From Camelus dromedarius (Eukaryota): DNA of 64,000 bases. Location of the stretch: NCBI RefSeq assembly GCF_036321535.1, contig NC_087438.1, positions 9,488,001-9,552,000 on the forward strand. Direction: 5' to 3'. Below, piece by piece: positions 1-13,620 of this stretch. The notes under the pieces were generated by a model that ran no database searches, was not told where the DNA came from, and saw nothing but the letters and a program-made list of their open reading frames with translations. The stretch's first letter is position 1. Each line of letters begins with the position of its first letter. The position numbers and the translations under genes were made by a program.

Positions 1-249
1 GTATCTATCTAATAAAAGGTGTTATAAAGATAAAAAATATTTTAGATACTTCCTGGAATATAGTGAATGCTCACTAAATTTTATAATGTTTAAAGGAGAG
101 CTACGCAAGGCTAATGGCAGCTCGGAAGCAACATATTTGATTCTTGACAACTTCTACCAATGTGTTAACCAGTATTTCTTTTATCTTCCCTCTTTTTGTG
201 GATACCTTCCACCATTTTCCAAGTTAGCCAAACTCAAAGCTTCAGAGTC

Positions 250-760
250 ATCTGAAGCAAAACTTTTAAAGTTGAATATCTTCTGCTTGACCTCTGATTG
301 GTCCTATATGTTTCTATTACAGCAGTTTATAAGAGAGATGCTTGTACAAAATTTGGAGGGGGGAAGCAAAGGAGCAGCCGGATTTAGCTCCTGTATGCTG
401 TCACTGGCCTGCTGACTCACACCATTGGCGTGAGGAGCAGCTGGGGCTGCAACTGCTCCATCCTCCCCTGGATCCTACTTTGGCTTCTCCAACTCTTGGC
501 CCACGCGTGCGTGTTTAGCTTCATGAGCCTCAGCTCCCACAGGAGACCCATTCCACCTAGGGCAGAGGCAAAAAGGGCTGACACACGTTTCAGTCCCCTC
601 TGGTGGGGTCCAGCTTGTACCTGTGATTATTACCTTGTTCTCACTCTCTCCCTCCTTACCTCCAGCTTCCCATCACCGTGTGGGCTTCAACCTCCAGCAT
701 CAGACTCAAAGACAGCAGCCTTGCAGAGACTAGCTAGCTCCCATGATTGTTAGTCCTGCT
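250..760 (+). mobile_element. Ancient ERVL-class solo LTR (LTR41/LTR33-like)
   Basis: Motifs 'ctctgattggtcc...ttggagggggaag' and 'ctccagcatcagactcaaagacagcagccttgcagagactagctagctcccatgattg' resemble ERVL LTR41/LTR33-type consensus. Family assignment is from memory. Confidence 0.5.
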
Positions 761-2656
761 GCAGAAAGGGGGAGAATTAAAGTCACCAGCATGAGACTGA
801 ATGAAAAGAAATATCAAATTAGCACCAAGAAAGCAAAAGGATGCATCTTGACTAACATATGGGAAGGCAGTTTAACTCCTGCAGGAATTTCAGAAGTGGG
901 TGAGAAAAGGAAAGGAAGGAGATAGGATGGCACTTTGTTCTGGACAGGGTAGGCCAAGAGGCTGAGTAGGTCAGGAGAGGAATATCTCTGTCACACATAT
1001 TTCAGAGTTTTGCACAATGGCTACTTTAATAGAAATGAATAATTTTAGCCTGTATGAAAACTAATAGTTAGCAACAGCCTCACGATCGGCATTCACATAT
1101 GCATTGACACTCTTTGTGCACCCTCAGAAGCAAGGTCAAGAGGGACAAGGCTAATGAGGCAGATTCTAAGATGCTTCAGGGATGATACTTGCCTTCCTAT
1201 CAACCAAAAGGAAGGAGTGAAAATGGGGTTCAAGTTTCAGCAAAACCTTAGTTAATCAGTTGGTACTGTGGACCTTCTACTTCTCAGATGTTTCTCCTTA
1301 TCATTCACAGGACTGTTTAAACCTTCTTTCCCTTCTACTTAGAAAATTCAAAGGTGAAGTTGGACTTCTGCAGTTAAGGGCGTGAAGAATGAGCTGGCAG
1401 CTAAGTAACTCAGAGATCCCCGGTTAAGTAGTAGACATCAAACAGGCCAGACCAGGGGCTTGATTGTAGGAGTGAAGGGGAGGAGGTTCAAAGTTGAAAG
1501 GGAAAATTCTCAGTGTCTTGGAAATGACCCATGGTTGTGGTAGAGAGAAGAGAGGAATAGCAGGTTGTGTTCAGGATAATGAAGTTTCTGCCTGAAGGTG
1601 GCACAAATCACTTTAGTCCAAATGTCTTTAGCCAGAGCAAGTCCACATGGCTGCTCTTGAGTCAGAAGTGCAGCAAAAGTCTTCCCAGGAAAAGTGGGGG
1701 CTGCAAAGAGGAAAGCAGACTACTTGGTAAATAATACTGAGTTCTCCAAAATCTTACCAAAGTTAGAATAAAACAAATCTACTGTTTTGAGATCATACTG
1801 GTAATCAATCAGTCTGGTTATTTGAAGTAAGAAGAGTGTGACAGGCAAACTCTAGAATGGGTTCATTTTAACTGGCATCATAAAAGGCCTAGGAGATAAC
1901 TCCACTTCAAGATTACCAAGGCAAGGTTCTCAGATTGAAGCCCTGAAACTGGTGGAAAGGTGGGGAATTAACAAAGTCATTGCTAAACAGCTTGAATCAA
2001 GATCTCAGCGTAACACCTGCCTATGTTTGTTGTCTTGTAAGGTACAAATGAAAACCAAACATACACTTGGCCTATGGGCCACCAGTTTGCAAAATCCTAG
2101 TCTATCAATAACTACCCAGATAATATCCTGGTAATTGCCTGACTCTTGCAAATAAAATGTGCAAGTAATTGTTTACCAATGTACGTAAAAAGATGGTACA
2201 AAGTTCCATGGATCTTCCACTATCAAATTGTTATGTAACCTTAAGTAAATAACTGAAGCATTCTTTATTTCTGCTTTCAGCTTAATGACACAATAGTGTT
2301 ACTGCAGTCATGGGGACGTGATGGTGTGAATATATGTCATTTTTTAGATAGCTCTTTAAGTTGGGTAGTTATTATTTTACAATGAGGTCACAACTAGTAA
2401 ATCATACTGTTATGCTACTATTAGGATGATATATAGAGTACCTGCTAGCTGTTTATGACCCTAAGGATAGAGGAGAAACTGAACAGCTAGCATTTAACAT
2501 GATAAGAGTCATCATTCAGCATTGTCCTGGTAATTCCTATATGCTCATAGCATTTGATAAAGCTTTAGACATACCCCCTACTCTCCAGTATGTTTCCTTG
2601 AAAGGCTACCAGCAGGGTTTGTGAGAGCAAGATTCTTTTATACATATACATAACAT

Positions 2657-2787
2657 CTTTTTTTGAGATATAATTCATATATCCTAAAATTCATCCTTTT
2701 AGACTGTACCATTTAGTCTGTTTTTAGTACATTCAGAGTTGTGCAACCATCACCACTATCTAATTCCAGAACATTTCCATTCACCAC
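2657..2787 (-). mobile_element. LINE-1 (L1MB-like) 3'-end fragment
   Basis: 'ttttttgagatataattcatatatcctaaaattcatcctttt...gttgtgcaaccatcaccactatctaattccagaacatttcc' is the typical reverse complement of an L1M 3' terminus. Confidence 0.75.
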
Positions 2788-3639
2788 CGACAGGTGATAA
2801 TGATCAAGAAACAAATGTGGACATTAACAACAAAAGGAATCAATATCTAGAATCTAAATGAATCCAGAGACGCATTGAATGCAACAGGCAGAGGGGTCTG
2901 CCATCTATTTCAGGAAATGATTAAAAGTCTCCCAAGTGCCTAAGTAATCTTGGGAATTGTAGCTTCTTGCTATTTAATATAACTTGCTGTGAAGTCTACT
3001 GACTACATCAAACGTGAAATAACATTAAATAGCAGAAACCCCATTTATAGCCCTTTGGTCCAATAGTTAGAGGTTATGGTGACAATGCCTGTGGACTCTG
3101 ATTTGTTATCTGTTGAATTTAAGATATGTTTAAAAGATGCCAGCACATCCAGTTGAAAAGTCAAATTTCATACCTAGAGAGACTTTTTTTTATGAATTGG
3201 GGCTTATTTTGCATTACATTATGGTGAGTATACATCTCTGATATCTCAGAGATATATATATTTTCTTGGATAAGCAACTCACCTGAGAACAGTGTTTACT
3301 AAAGACTGACAGGTCACCATAAATCTCTGCTTGTCCATTATGGGTAGGTGGTTGCCTTAACTGAAGGAAAGGAAACAGCTTTATGTGCAAACATCTGTCA
3401 AGTGGATTAAATGAGAATCTCTGAGAGCAGACAAAGCAGCCCAGGGCACAGGGAAACTGAGAAGCGCTGCCCTCTCTAAACCTGGAGGACCTTCCCTCTC
3501 TTTTCCACCTTCCTCTCTCTTATCTTGAAAAATCAAACCTGAAATGTTTCCCTTTCTTCACGCACATATCACAATATCCCTCCTCATTACTTAGCCACAT
3601 GGATCACTCTCCCCAAAGTTTACCCGATGACATAACAAG

Positions 3640-4340
3640 TGTCACTGTTTAGAACTGTGCTTGACCTCCCTACCCTTCTGTATTAATAAGACATGACGCC
3701 CAATCCATTCTTGCATAAGCCTCAGACTGTTGTTATTCTTGACTCCTCTCATTCACATTTTATACCCATTCTGAGGACATCCTGCTGGTTCACCTTTACA
3801 AGAGAATCCAACCACCTCTTACCACTTCCACTGCTACCAGTCAGGTCTAAACTTGTTATCATTTCTTGCCTCCAAGTGTTTCATATTCACATACAACCTC
3901 AACCTTTGTCTATCCTGCAAACAGCAACAGAGTGATTCTATTGCACTGAAAGTTCCCAGATTATCAGTCTGTGTAACCATAGGGTCGCTCAAAATTTCTC
4001 TTGGATCTTTGCATCTCACTCAGGGAAAAAGCCAAAATAGCCTCACGATGGCCCATTAGATCTTACCTGATCTGCTCCTCCAACTACTTATCTAGTCATT
4101 TCCACTCCTACTCTCTCCCCTTTGGTCTCTCAACTCCAGCTTCATGGGCTTTCTTGCTGTTTCTTGAATTCACAGCATGTTTTTGCCTCCAGGTATTTGC
4201 ACAACTGAGTCTCTCTTCCCAGGATAGTTTCCTCTAAGATATTCACATGACTCATACCCTTACTTCTTTCGGATTTTCACTACAATGATTCCTTTTTCAT
4301 AAGGTCATCTATAGCTCTTTTCCCCAAAACAACACTCCCT
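3640..4340 (+). mobile_element. LINE-2 fragment
   Basis: Degenerate L2 3'-region motifs: 'ttcttgactcctctc', 'accacttccactgctacc', 'cagcaacagagtgat', 'cttcttgctgtttcttgaa', 'caggtatttgcac'. Confidence 0.7.
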
Positions 4341-4349
4341 ATGCCTTTA

Positions 4350-4720
4350 TGTGGTCACGTTCCATAGAGTTGGGATCACACACATGCACACAATTTGTTC
4401 TGATGCAGAGACTGATGATGCCACACAAGGACAGGACAGGCTTATTATTCACATAATGAAGCTCTCTGGGGAGAGCAGGACCATGTTGCCAAGCAAGTCA
4501 AAAGTGGCGGGAGAGAGCAGGGAAAGGAGACTGGTTTGGTTTTCATCAATGGTGATTAGAGGGTGAGGCTCCATGAACAGGGGCTGCATGATAGATGTTC
4601 CTGCCAATAGAAGGAACATCCAGGTTTTCTCATCAGCTTGGTCAGATGTGGGACATAAGATGAGAGGGTTGCGATGGGTTTGAATGCTGTGAGCGGTAGT
4701 AATTAGCACACACTCCATGC
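4350..4720 (-). mobile_element. ERVL-class LTR fragment (MER54/MER74-like)
   Basis: 'ttattattcacataatgaagctctctggggagagcagg...gagagagcagggaaaggagactggtttggtttt' matches the reverse strand of this LTR group as I recall it. Confidence 0.5.
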
Positions 4721-7700
4721 CCTAACAGATCCTAAGCCAGTAAATATTCCAGAGTGTACAATAGCATTTTAGTTGATTCTTTTTATTTATTCTCACTTTA
4801 CATCACAACATATTTTTTTAAAGTATCCATAACTTGTAAATAAGGTAAAGGAAAGCCAGCATCATGAAGTATTTTAAGATTCACCCAAGGACAATTTAAT
4901 TTCTAAGGGAATGTTTGTGTGACCTACTATCTTCTATTGCTTACAAAGTCCTAGATATATGAAGTTAGTTATGAAATTGTAGCTTTTTGTCAGTAAAGAT
5001 GCAAATGTTATCTCTAAACAGAAAATAAAACTCCTAAGGTTATGTTTTTATTGTCTTTTGGGATATTAATCTATAAATTATAGAAATTAGAATGTCCTAT
5101 AGAATAACAATATTATTTTAACACTCCTTTTCCTTTTTAAATGCCCATACATACCCCGTTCCTCAAATATTATTTGAACCAGCTTTGAACAGCCCTGCAA
5201 TTCCCTCATTTATGAATAAAATAATTTTGGATGCAAGTTCATTATCTACTTCTATAAGAGTCACGTTGACTTTTTAAATTTTGAAAATTTAACTTTGACT
5301 CATCATCTGAACAACAAAAAATAACTTTAGAGGAAAAAAAAACTAATATCTTAGCCACCAGCCACTGTAGGTAATGTGAAACTAGCTTTTGCAAAGAGAG
5401 GGTGCTTAAGATTCCAAGGCAGTCATAAAGTCTCAGAATGCCATCCACAAGTTCTAGAATTTAAATGCAATAGTCCACGGCTGGGTGGTATCTAATGTAA
5501 GGTGTTGAGCATTTCCATCATTTCTATAACCACAAAAACATATTTTCTGATGAATTCTTGTATTTGACAAATAATATCATTTAGCTGCCTTTGCTAGAGA
5601 GGTTTGACTTTCAAATCATAATGCCAGTATTTTATAACAATAGATACCTCTTACGCCTCTTTTCCTTCTGAAAGAATTTTAGCCTCACAAATATATCCCA
5701 TATATCACTCCAGGCCATGGCAGAGTCAGACAGGTAATAGTGGTAGGCAATAAACTGAAGAAGGTAATAATCTGAGGTAGGTAATGCCATGGAGCTGGTG
5801 AAAACTGTGTCACACCTGAGTCACCTCTGCTATATGTATCATTAGATCTTCCCTTTGATGGGACCAGCCCCACACAAACTCGGGATCTCAGTCCATCTCC
5901 ATCAAAACCAGCCTTTGAAAGAACAAACAGGACCTCATCTGAGTCTCATACTGATTTAAGTCAGTATTTTGTCAGATTCTCCGGGCCATTTTAAAGCCTT
6001 GTTTAACATGTTGAAATGAAATGCTTGTTTTTCTCACTTAATGCATGTGGGGGTAACTAAGTCATCAGTGAAAGTTTTGGAAGTCCAGGCAATTACAACG
6101 CTGACAATCACCCACTCTGTCTATGCATCCTATTTCTCATCTCTACTCCCACCCCAACCTACTCTTCCCCCGAGAAGGTGATTTTCAGACTTAAGGTGAG
6201 GTCTTGTACCTAATTCCATATTCATAAAAACCTCATTATAGTCCTTCACACTTGACTGTTAATAAACCCATATATGCTCCCTCCCCCTGAGGCTGCCAAA
6301 TAATCATTCCCTTGTCAACTTCTTTCTAAAATAAGTCCTACGTATGATTGCAGGATTGTTGGGATATCAAGTCCACATGAGTTGGGATGGATTTTGGAAC
6401 TGGGACCTTCCCTGACTTTCTGCTTCCCACTTGGCCTACAATGATTTTTAAACTAATCTTTATGGCTCTCTCTAGATATCTTATTCAGTAGCCACCATTT
6501 CATTTAACCATTAATTAGATATGAGAGGATAGGCATGAAACAGATGTCTTGTTTTCTATTTTTCACATATTCTTTTTTATGGCAAATTCCTCCAGTTTTG
6601 AAAAAAAAATGTTAGGTAAGGGAAAATGTTCTGGGATGTAAAATTATAAGGAATCAACTGATGTGTAAAAATCAAAATAATAACTAATGACTCTAAGATT
6701 GTTCGACAAAACATTATCATTCTCGTCTACTTAATGGTGAATTTTTGGCTTTATTTAACTTCACACAGTTTAGGAGTAACTTCTCTCCTCTTCATTTTAG
6801 GAATCAGGAATCTAGATGTGTTGACATGAAAGATGCTTTGATGTTTTTCAAATAGCCTCTCTCAGGGAATAATTGTCAAATAAAGGACATTACAGTCACA
6901 ATAGCATGGATTACTGTATTCTAACTTCCTCGCTTAATTCAGTAAGATAAAAAGTACACAAAATAACTGCAGTTTTATTTAACAGTTGTACAAACTCTAA
7001 ACTTTAGAGGTGAATATATGACTTATCCATGAAAAATTCAGTGTGTGAAATGATAGCATCATTATTTTAAAAATAAATAAAAGAATTTAGTTTATTTTAT
7101 TTAAAATAATTTCCTTTATGGATTTAAAATAGTCTTAGTTTTGCAGTGCCCTAGCTCAGATAAAGACAGATTTACATGTCTTCATGACATTTTTAGATTT
7201 ATCTTTGTCATGGATTTCCTTGGCCAACATCTCTTCTAGAGCTCTTTTGCCTATTTAAAAAATGTTTTATTATTGTACTAATTTGATTTCCTTAATGAAG
7301 GACAAAGTCCGCCATCTACCCAATTAGAAAGTATCTTTTCTTTTTGTGGAGAGTACTCAAAAAATAAAGTGGATTTTTCATTGGCTTCTCCCATAGCGTG
7401 ACATCCCAAACATCCCAGAGCAAAATGCTAGCTATTTAAGCAATTCTGTCATGTTTGAAAAATGAGCCTTTGCCTTAGTAACTTAAAGAAAGGGAGAATT
7501 TGTCACCTACCAGTATTCTTTTATCATGGTGTTTCTGCATCATTTATCTTGTTGCTTGTCAACTTCTTTATATATATATATAGAATCCTTATCATCACCA
7601 AATGACAATTATGGTTTTAATTGAGCGTAGAGGTGTTGAAAGTCTGTTGCAATAAACGAGCTGAACTTTTCACAGATCTTATGAAAGATTCATATTAGAT

Positions 7701-8229
7701 ACAGTTTGCACAGGCAAAAAGTATGCATGTGACTTTTGCACATTAAATGTGGTCGGAAGCAAGTTATGTTAATAAGGGATAGTAATTTTTCTACTTACCT
7801 ATTCCAAATCAAGCATGTATTGAGAACTAAGCTAATAAAAAGACTAATGATCAATGAGGAACTAGAGTATTAAACTGACTTTTGGTTAATGAACAATATC
7901 TGTCAATGAAGGACTAATCTAGACCCATGAGAGAGCTGAAGCCTTGAGAGCATAAAGATCCAAAACCTAGCTCCACCAGCTCTTGATGTATGGTCCTGGG
8001 CATGTTGCATTATTAGGCAATAATTTTCTGTCCCTTGGACCAAATGCTAAGTGGGATTCCTGCCTAGTTACCACCACATAATATTCATATGAATATGTGT
8101 GAGTGGGACCTCCAAGGAGGGGCTCATGATGGTCTATTCTGGGCAAATGCAGAACTGGATAGCTCGAAAGTCCTTACAAATAAAGCAAAGTCCCCCGAGG
8201 CTGGTTCTTCTCACTTGAATTTGTCCTCC

Positions 8230-8490
8230 ACCGCCCAACCCCTCACACAAACACCTACAACCTCCACCCTCATAGTACCCTGAGTCATTTATTCCTGGTA
8301 CGTATTACAATTTGGAAATGTTTATGTGGGATTATTTGATAAATGTCTGCTCTCCACAAGGCTATAAGCCACTGAAAGACGTGGATCCCATCTGTCTTTT
8401 TGTTTATTATCCTATCTTATACCTACCAGAGGGCTGGACACATTTTAAGAATTCAGTAAATGCTTCTTAGAGTGAGAAAGAAACTGAATA
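8230..8490 (+). mobile_element. LINE-2 3'-end fragment
   Basis: 'aatgtctgctctccacaaggctataagccactgaa...agggctggacaca...ttcagtaaatgcttc' followed by a decayed (GAAT)n-like tail. Confidence 0.55.
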
Positions 8491-8659
8491 AGTTACTGAG
8501 TAAAAATCAATGGCTTTTACTCAGACTTTAAGATATGAAGATACTTAATGCTCATCAATATTCAGTGCTGTCATAAATCACAACTCTAACCCATTTCTCA
8601 TCTTACATCTCAGCATTTATTATTTGCTTTCTCTTTCTGTCTAAAAGTAGATATTTGAC

Positions 8660-9680
8660 AAAGACCTGCCTTAATCTTCTTTTTACTCTCTATCTACACA
8701 GCTCTTTTCTGTGATATCATTCATGTCTAGAGCATCAACTATCTCCACTTGCTGATGACTTATGAATATTTATCTGCAATTGGACCTCCAAGCTAAACTG
8801 AGTTTTGATTTATTCATTTGTACTGAGATGCATTTGGACTGAATTATGCCTATGACCTCTTTCTCCTCTAAAACAATACCTCAAATTCAGCAAGTCTGCT
8901 GTGGACTCCTTCCTAAAACTATTTTTACTTAATTCCCTTTTGCTCTCAATAGCATTTCTGTTCTCCATTCCCTGCCACAATTAGATCTGAGGCTCTCCTT
9001 TGATCTTCTTTCTATTACTGCAGCAGTCTCCTAATTTTTCTTCTTACTTTCAGTCTGCACACTCTCTAAACTAACTTTCAATGATTACCTGTTTTATCTT
9101 TAAAAAAAAAAAAAAGAAAGACGTTTTTGAATATATAACTTCCTTGCTCAAAATATTTTATCTGCTCTAAGTTTGTCACCAACTTTACAAACACCACAGC
9201 ATAGTATTCCAAATCAGCCAAATGTAGTCTCAATCTGTCTTTCTGGTCTTACCTTCTACCTCTTTTATGTATATATCATATATTTTAGCTAATTTGTTGG
9301 GTACACACTTGTTGAGCATAAGCTCTCTTCTCTACTGTAATGGTTTTCTCATAATCTTCCCTCTTTCTAGAAGTCCATTCTCTTTCCATTTGTTAATGTA
9401 GCTCTATGGTTTAATTATATGCTTGAATTCAACCTCCTCTCTGAAACTTTAGTTGGTAAATCCTTTCAGTCAATCAAGATTCATCTCTGCTTCTTCCAGA
9501 AAATTATGTTTAATTCTCAAATACTTATTTCTTGTAGGTATGATATATCCATGTTAAAACCTAACATCTGACACTAAATTGTGTGCTTTTGTGAATAGGA
9601 ATTTCATATTTGAATAATCTTGAAATCCCTGGCTCAGTGCCAGTCATATAGTAGATAGTCAATAAACAGTGAATAACAAA
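8660..9680 (+). mobile_element. LINE-2 fragment through to the 3' end
   Basis: 'aactatctccacttgctgatgact', 'attactgcagcagtctcctaa', and the terminus 'ggctcagtgccagtcatatagtagatagtcaataaa'. Confidence 0.65.
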
Positions 9681-12159
9681 ATAAATAACTGATAAATAAA
9701 TGTAATTATATAGGAAGAGGAGGTTCTGATCCTTATAAAAATTATTTTTGTATGTACTGAACAATCCCAAATTTCCTTTCTAATTAATTAAGTAATCTTG
9801 GGGAAGTCAAAATGAATTAAATTAATTAATATTTAAAATCCAGTCCATCGTGAAATTTCTTTGAACACCTGTCAATAGCTTTCAGTGAATACTAACAACT
9901 CATAAACATTATCAGAGACAAAGCTAGTAAATTCTAAAGGGACCATGCTCAGTTCTCTTTAATTAATAAGTAAAATAAGAAAAAATAATCCAAATTATTT
10001 CTTCTTGTTGGGTAACTTTTATATGCTTCCAGACCAAGGGACTTTCTAAGTAAGTAGGTAACACTCACCTCGCACATTGAAACGTGTCAGCTGTCTAGAA
10101 AATCATACCACAGCTATCTGCAGGACTGATCTGTCTAAGAATGACTGATCACTTGGCTCTCTTCAAGGTAGATGATTGACTTTACAGGAAATCATGATCT
10201 TAGAGCTGTCGGCCAAATCTTTTCTACCTTGATTTGGTCTCTTCTGACAGTCCCCGATGAATCAGTACTACATAGCTGCCCTGATATACAAATTACAATG
10301 CTATATTTCTCCTGGCTTACCAGTCTCCCAGAGGATGGCTAAGTTCCCAACCCAATTCCTTATGATTTTACATCATCAAACCACAACCATAGTAAACTCA
10401 ATGTAAAATTACCTAGCAAAATATGACCTATAATTACATGTACATATATTTTAATGTAATGCATCTTTTTAAAACTCTCAGAGTTTCTAAGTACAGCACT
10501 AACATGTGGACTTACCTAGATGTCAACATCTTTCCCCAAGCTTGCAAACTGAAGGGATGGCTAGAAACATAGATACTTTGTGGAAAGTATAACATTATCT
10601 TTTCTTTACCTATATTGCTTTCAACCTAGGCATTCTATATATCTAGTCGGACTCCCAGAATTTGGTCTATTTTCAGATAGATAGAACTTTCTTGAACTTT
10701 GCTATCTTTGATTCAGCAAAATAGTTCAACATCTTAAAAGTACTTAAGTTGCAAAGTATAAAATTAACCTAAATGTTAAGCAATTATCAATAACTCCACT
10801 TGCTGCTAATGTAAAATAAGTCCAAAATTAAAGAATGTGTCAATCTTTTTAAAGATTAAAGACTCTATAGAAGTATACACATGCTTCCATGATTATACTA
10901 CAAAAACTCAAGATGTGATGGTTTCTGGAGAATGTGGTTTTGCTTCCAGAAAATTTTGAAAGGGAAAAAAAGCAGGGGTATGGTTTATGAAAAACCATAA
11001 TTCTTAATAAAATATTATCTGCAACTTGAATATATGGCTAAAATGATGTGCCTTCAATATTTTACTGATGCAGTTTCTAACAAGCCCAAGATTTCTACTT
11101 ATCTAGTGTACCACTGTTTGACTTATTTATTACTACTGATCAGGCCAAGAGTGAGGCTTGCAGAAGATTAATAAGTTATAAAACATTTTGGCTGCTAGAG
11201 ATGCAAATTATTGTCATCTGTTAGAAAAGATAACAATAAAGGTTATAATTTTATTGCTCTGCAGGACATTGATCATTTTTTTATCTTATCTAGCAATCTT
11301 ATTCCAGCATTATTTATTCTACAACTATCTGTATGTCATTTTTTTTTTCTAAATTGGCTTTACCATCCTGCTGGTTTCTTCACTAATAAATTAAATAACA
11401 ATCTGATACATACTTTTTATATATTTGAATGCAAATCATATTGCTAGCTTTTGAAATTTATACCTTAACACAATTACTATAAAAAGTTATCTAAAATTTA
11501 GGCTGTTCCAATGAGGCAAACAGACTTGGGCCATTGAGTCCACTCAGTCAATCATTCCTTGCATGCACTCCTGTCCATTCATTAGCCTGCTATGGAAAAT
11601 AATTATAGGGGCCTACAACGGCTCCCCTCAACTAGGTATGCTTTTGTGAAACCAGATTGTATTATCTTCATAGCTAAATTGTTTCCTTCTCCTAAATTAG
11701 AGCCATTGGTATGAGAATCAGTGACTTTTATGTGACATGAATAGGAAACATGAATATTCCATCCAAAAGACGCACTGTTATCAGGTGACAGGAAGAACCA
11801 TGACTGGATGGTAGTTCATGAGATGAGCCCCACAGTGCCTGGAATCCTCCGAGCCAGGCACTGAAGCTCTGGAGAGACAAATGTGAGATTCTGCACTGAT
11901 TTTAAAGCTAATATGTTAAAGTGACATTTTAATTTTATGAAGCTATGCATAGTCTTTGTGAACTAGTTAAAATAATTAGAACCACATTAGTGATGCTATT
12001 AATGACTAATCACAACCCACACTTACTGAATAAATGAAAACTGATTGGAAAAGTTTATAAATGTGAGTGAATGCAGTTTTTTATGAGAAGCCTTTTTTAA
12101 TCTTTGTTTTAGTTTTGTAGCTGTTTTCTGTTTTTTAACCCATCCACTTTCTTTCCTTT

Positions 12160-12687
12160 TCCATCTTGATTGATGTATAATTGACATATAAAATTGTGAG
12201 ATATTTTCATGGTGATTTGATACGTGTGTATATTGTGAATGGATTCCCACCACTCAGTTAATTAACACATCCATCACCTCACATATTTATCTTTTGTGTG
12301 TGTGTGTGAGGGAACATTTAAGTTCTATGCTCTTAACAAATTTCCATTATATAATACATTGTCATCAACTGTAGTCAGCATGTTTTACAATAGATCCTCA
12401 ACTTCACTCATCTGATAGCTGAAAGTTTGTAGCTTTTTACCAACCTCTCCCTATTTCCCCCAGCCTAGAGACCCTGGCCATTACTTTTCCACACCCTGTC
12501 TCTATGAGCTTGACTCTTTTTTTTTTTTTTCCTTTTGTTCCACACATGTGATACTGAGCAGTATTTGTTGTTCTCTGAGGCTTATTTGACTTAATATAAT
12601 ACCCTCAAGTTCCATCCTTGTTGTCAAAAATGGGAGGATTTCTTTATTTCTTTCTTATACAATAATTCTCCATTGTGTGTATTTGTG

Positions 12688-12728
<41 letters not shown>

Positions 12729-13620
12729 CACATTTTCTTATCCATTCATCTGTTGAAGGACAATTAGTTTGCTTCCATATTTTGGCTATTATAAATAATG
12801 CTTCAATGAACTTTGGAGTGTATACAGCATTTCAAATTAGTGGGGGCTTTTTTAGGCAAATATGCAGAAGTGGGATTGCTGGATTATATAGCAGTTCTAT
12901 TTTTAATTATTTGAGGACCCACCATACTGTTTTCCATAGTGATCATACCAATTTACATTCTTGCCAACAGTGCACAGGGTTCCCTTTTACCTACATCCTC
13001 ACCAACACTTGTTATTTGTTGTCTTTTAGATGACAGCCTTTCTAACAGGTGTGAGGTAATACCTCATTGTAGTTTTGATTTACATTCTCTGATGATCAGT
13101 GTTGTTGAACATCTTTCTATGTACCTGTTGTTCATTTATATGTCTTCTTTGGAAAAATGTCCATCAGCTCCTCTGCCCATTTTTCAATCAGATTGCTTGG
13201 AATTCTTTGCTTTTGAGTTGTATGAGTTATTCATATATTTGGGATAGTAATCCCTTATCAGATATGTGACTTGCAGATAATTTCTCCCATTCTGTAGGTT
13301 GCCTTTCCATTCTGTTGATGGTTTACTTTGCCATGCAGAAGATTTTTAGTTTAATATCATTCCACATATTTATTCTTACTTTTGTTGTCTCCTCTTTTGG
13401 TGTCAAATCCAAAAAGTCTTTGCCGAGACCTATGTCAAGGAGCTTATCCCCACTATGTTTTCTTCTAGGAGTTTTATGGTTTCAGGTGTTCTGTTCAAGT
13501 CTTTAATTAATTTTGTGTTGACTTTTTATGTGGTGCAAGATAGGGATCCAGTTTCATTCTTTTGCATGTGGCAGTCCAGTTTCCCCAACAGCATTTATTC
13601 CCATTGTATATTCTTGGATG
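12160..13620 (-). mobile_element. LINE-1 (L1MA9-like), 5'-truncated: 3' UTR plus ORF2 C-terminal remnant
   Basis: Classic antisense L1 text such as 'aacacatccatcacctcacata', 'agaagtgggattgctggattatata' and 'ttctaacaggtgtgaggtaatacctcattgtagttttgatt'. The + strand ORFs at 12782-13637 are antisense shadows of this element. Confidence 0.9.
12688..12728. repeat. (GATA)n tetranucleotide microsatellite, ~10 units
   Basis: Perfect gata repeats read directly, inside the L1 3' UTR. Confidence 0.95.

Noticed and set aside
10060..10140. Minus-strand donor GAG|GTGAGT with nearby acceptors
   Set aside because: It defines only a very short unrecognised segment with no supporting neighbours.
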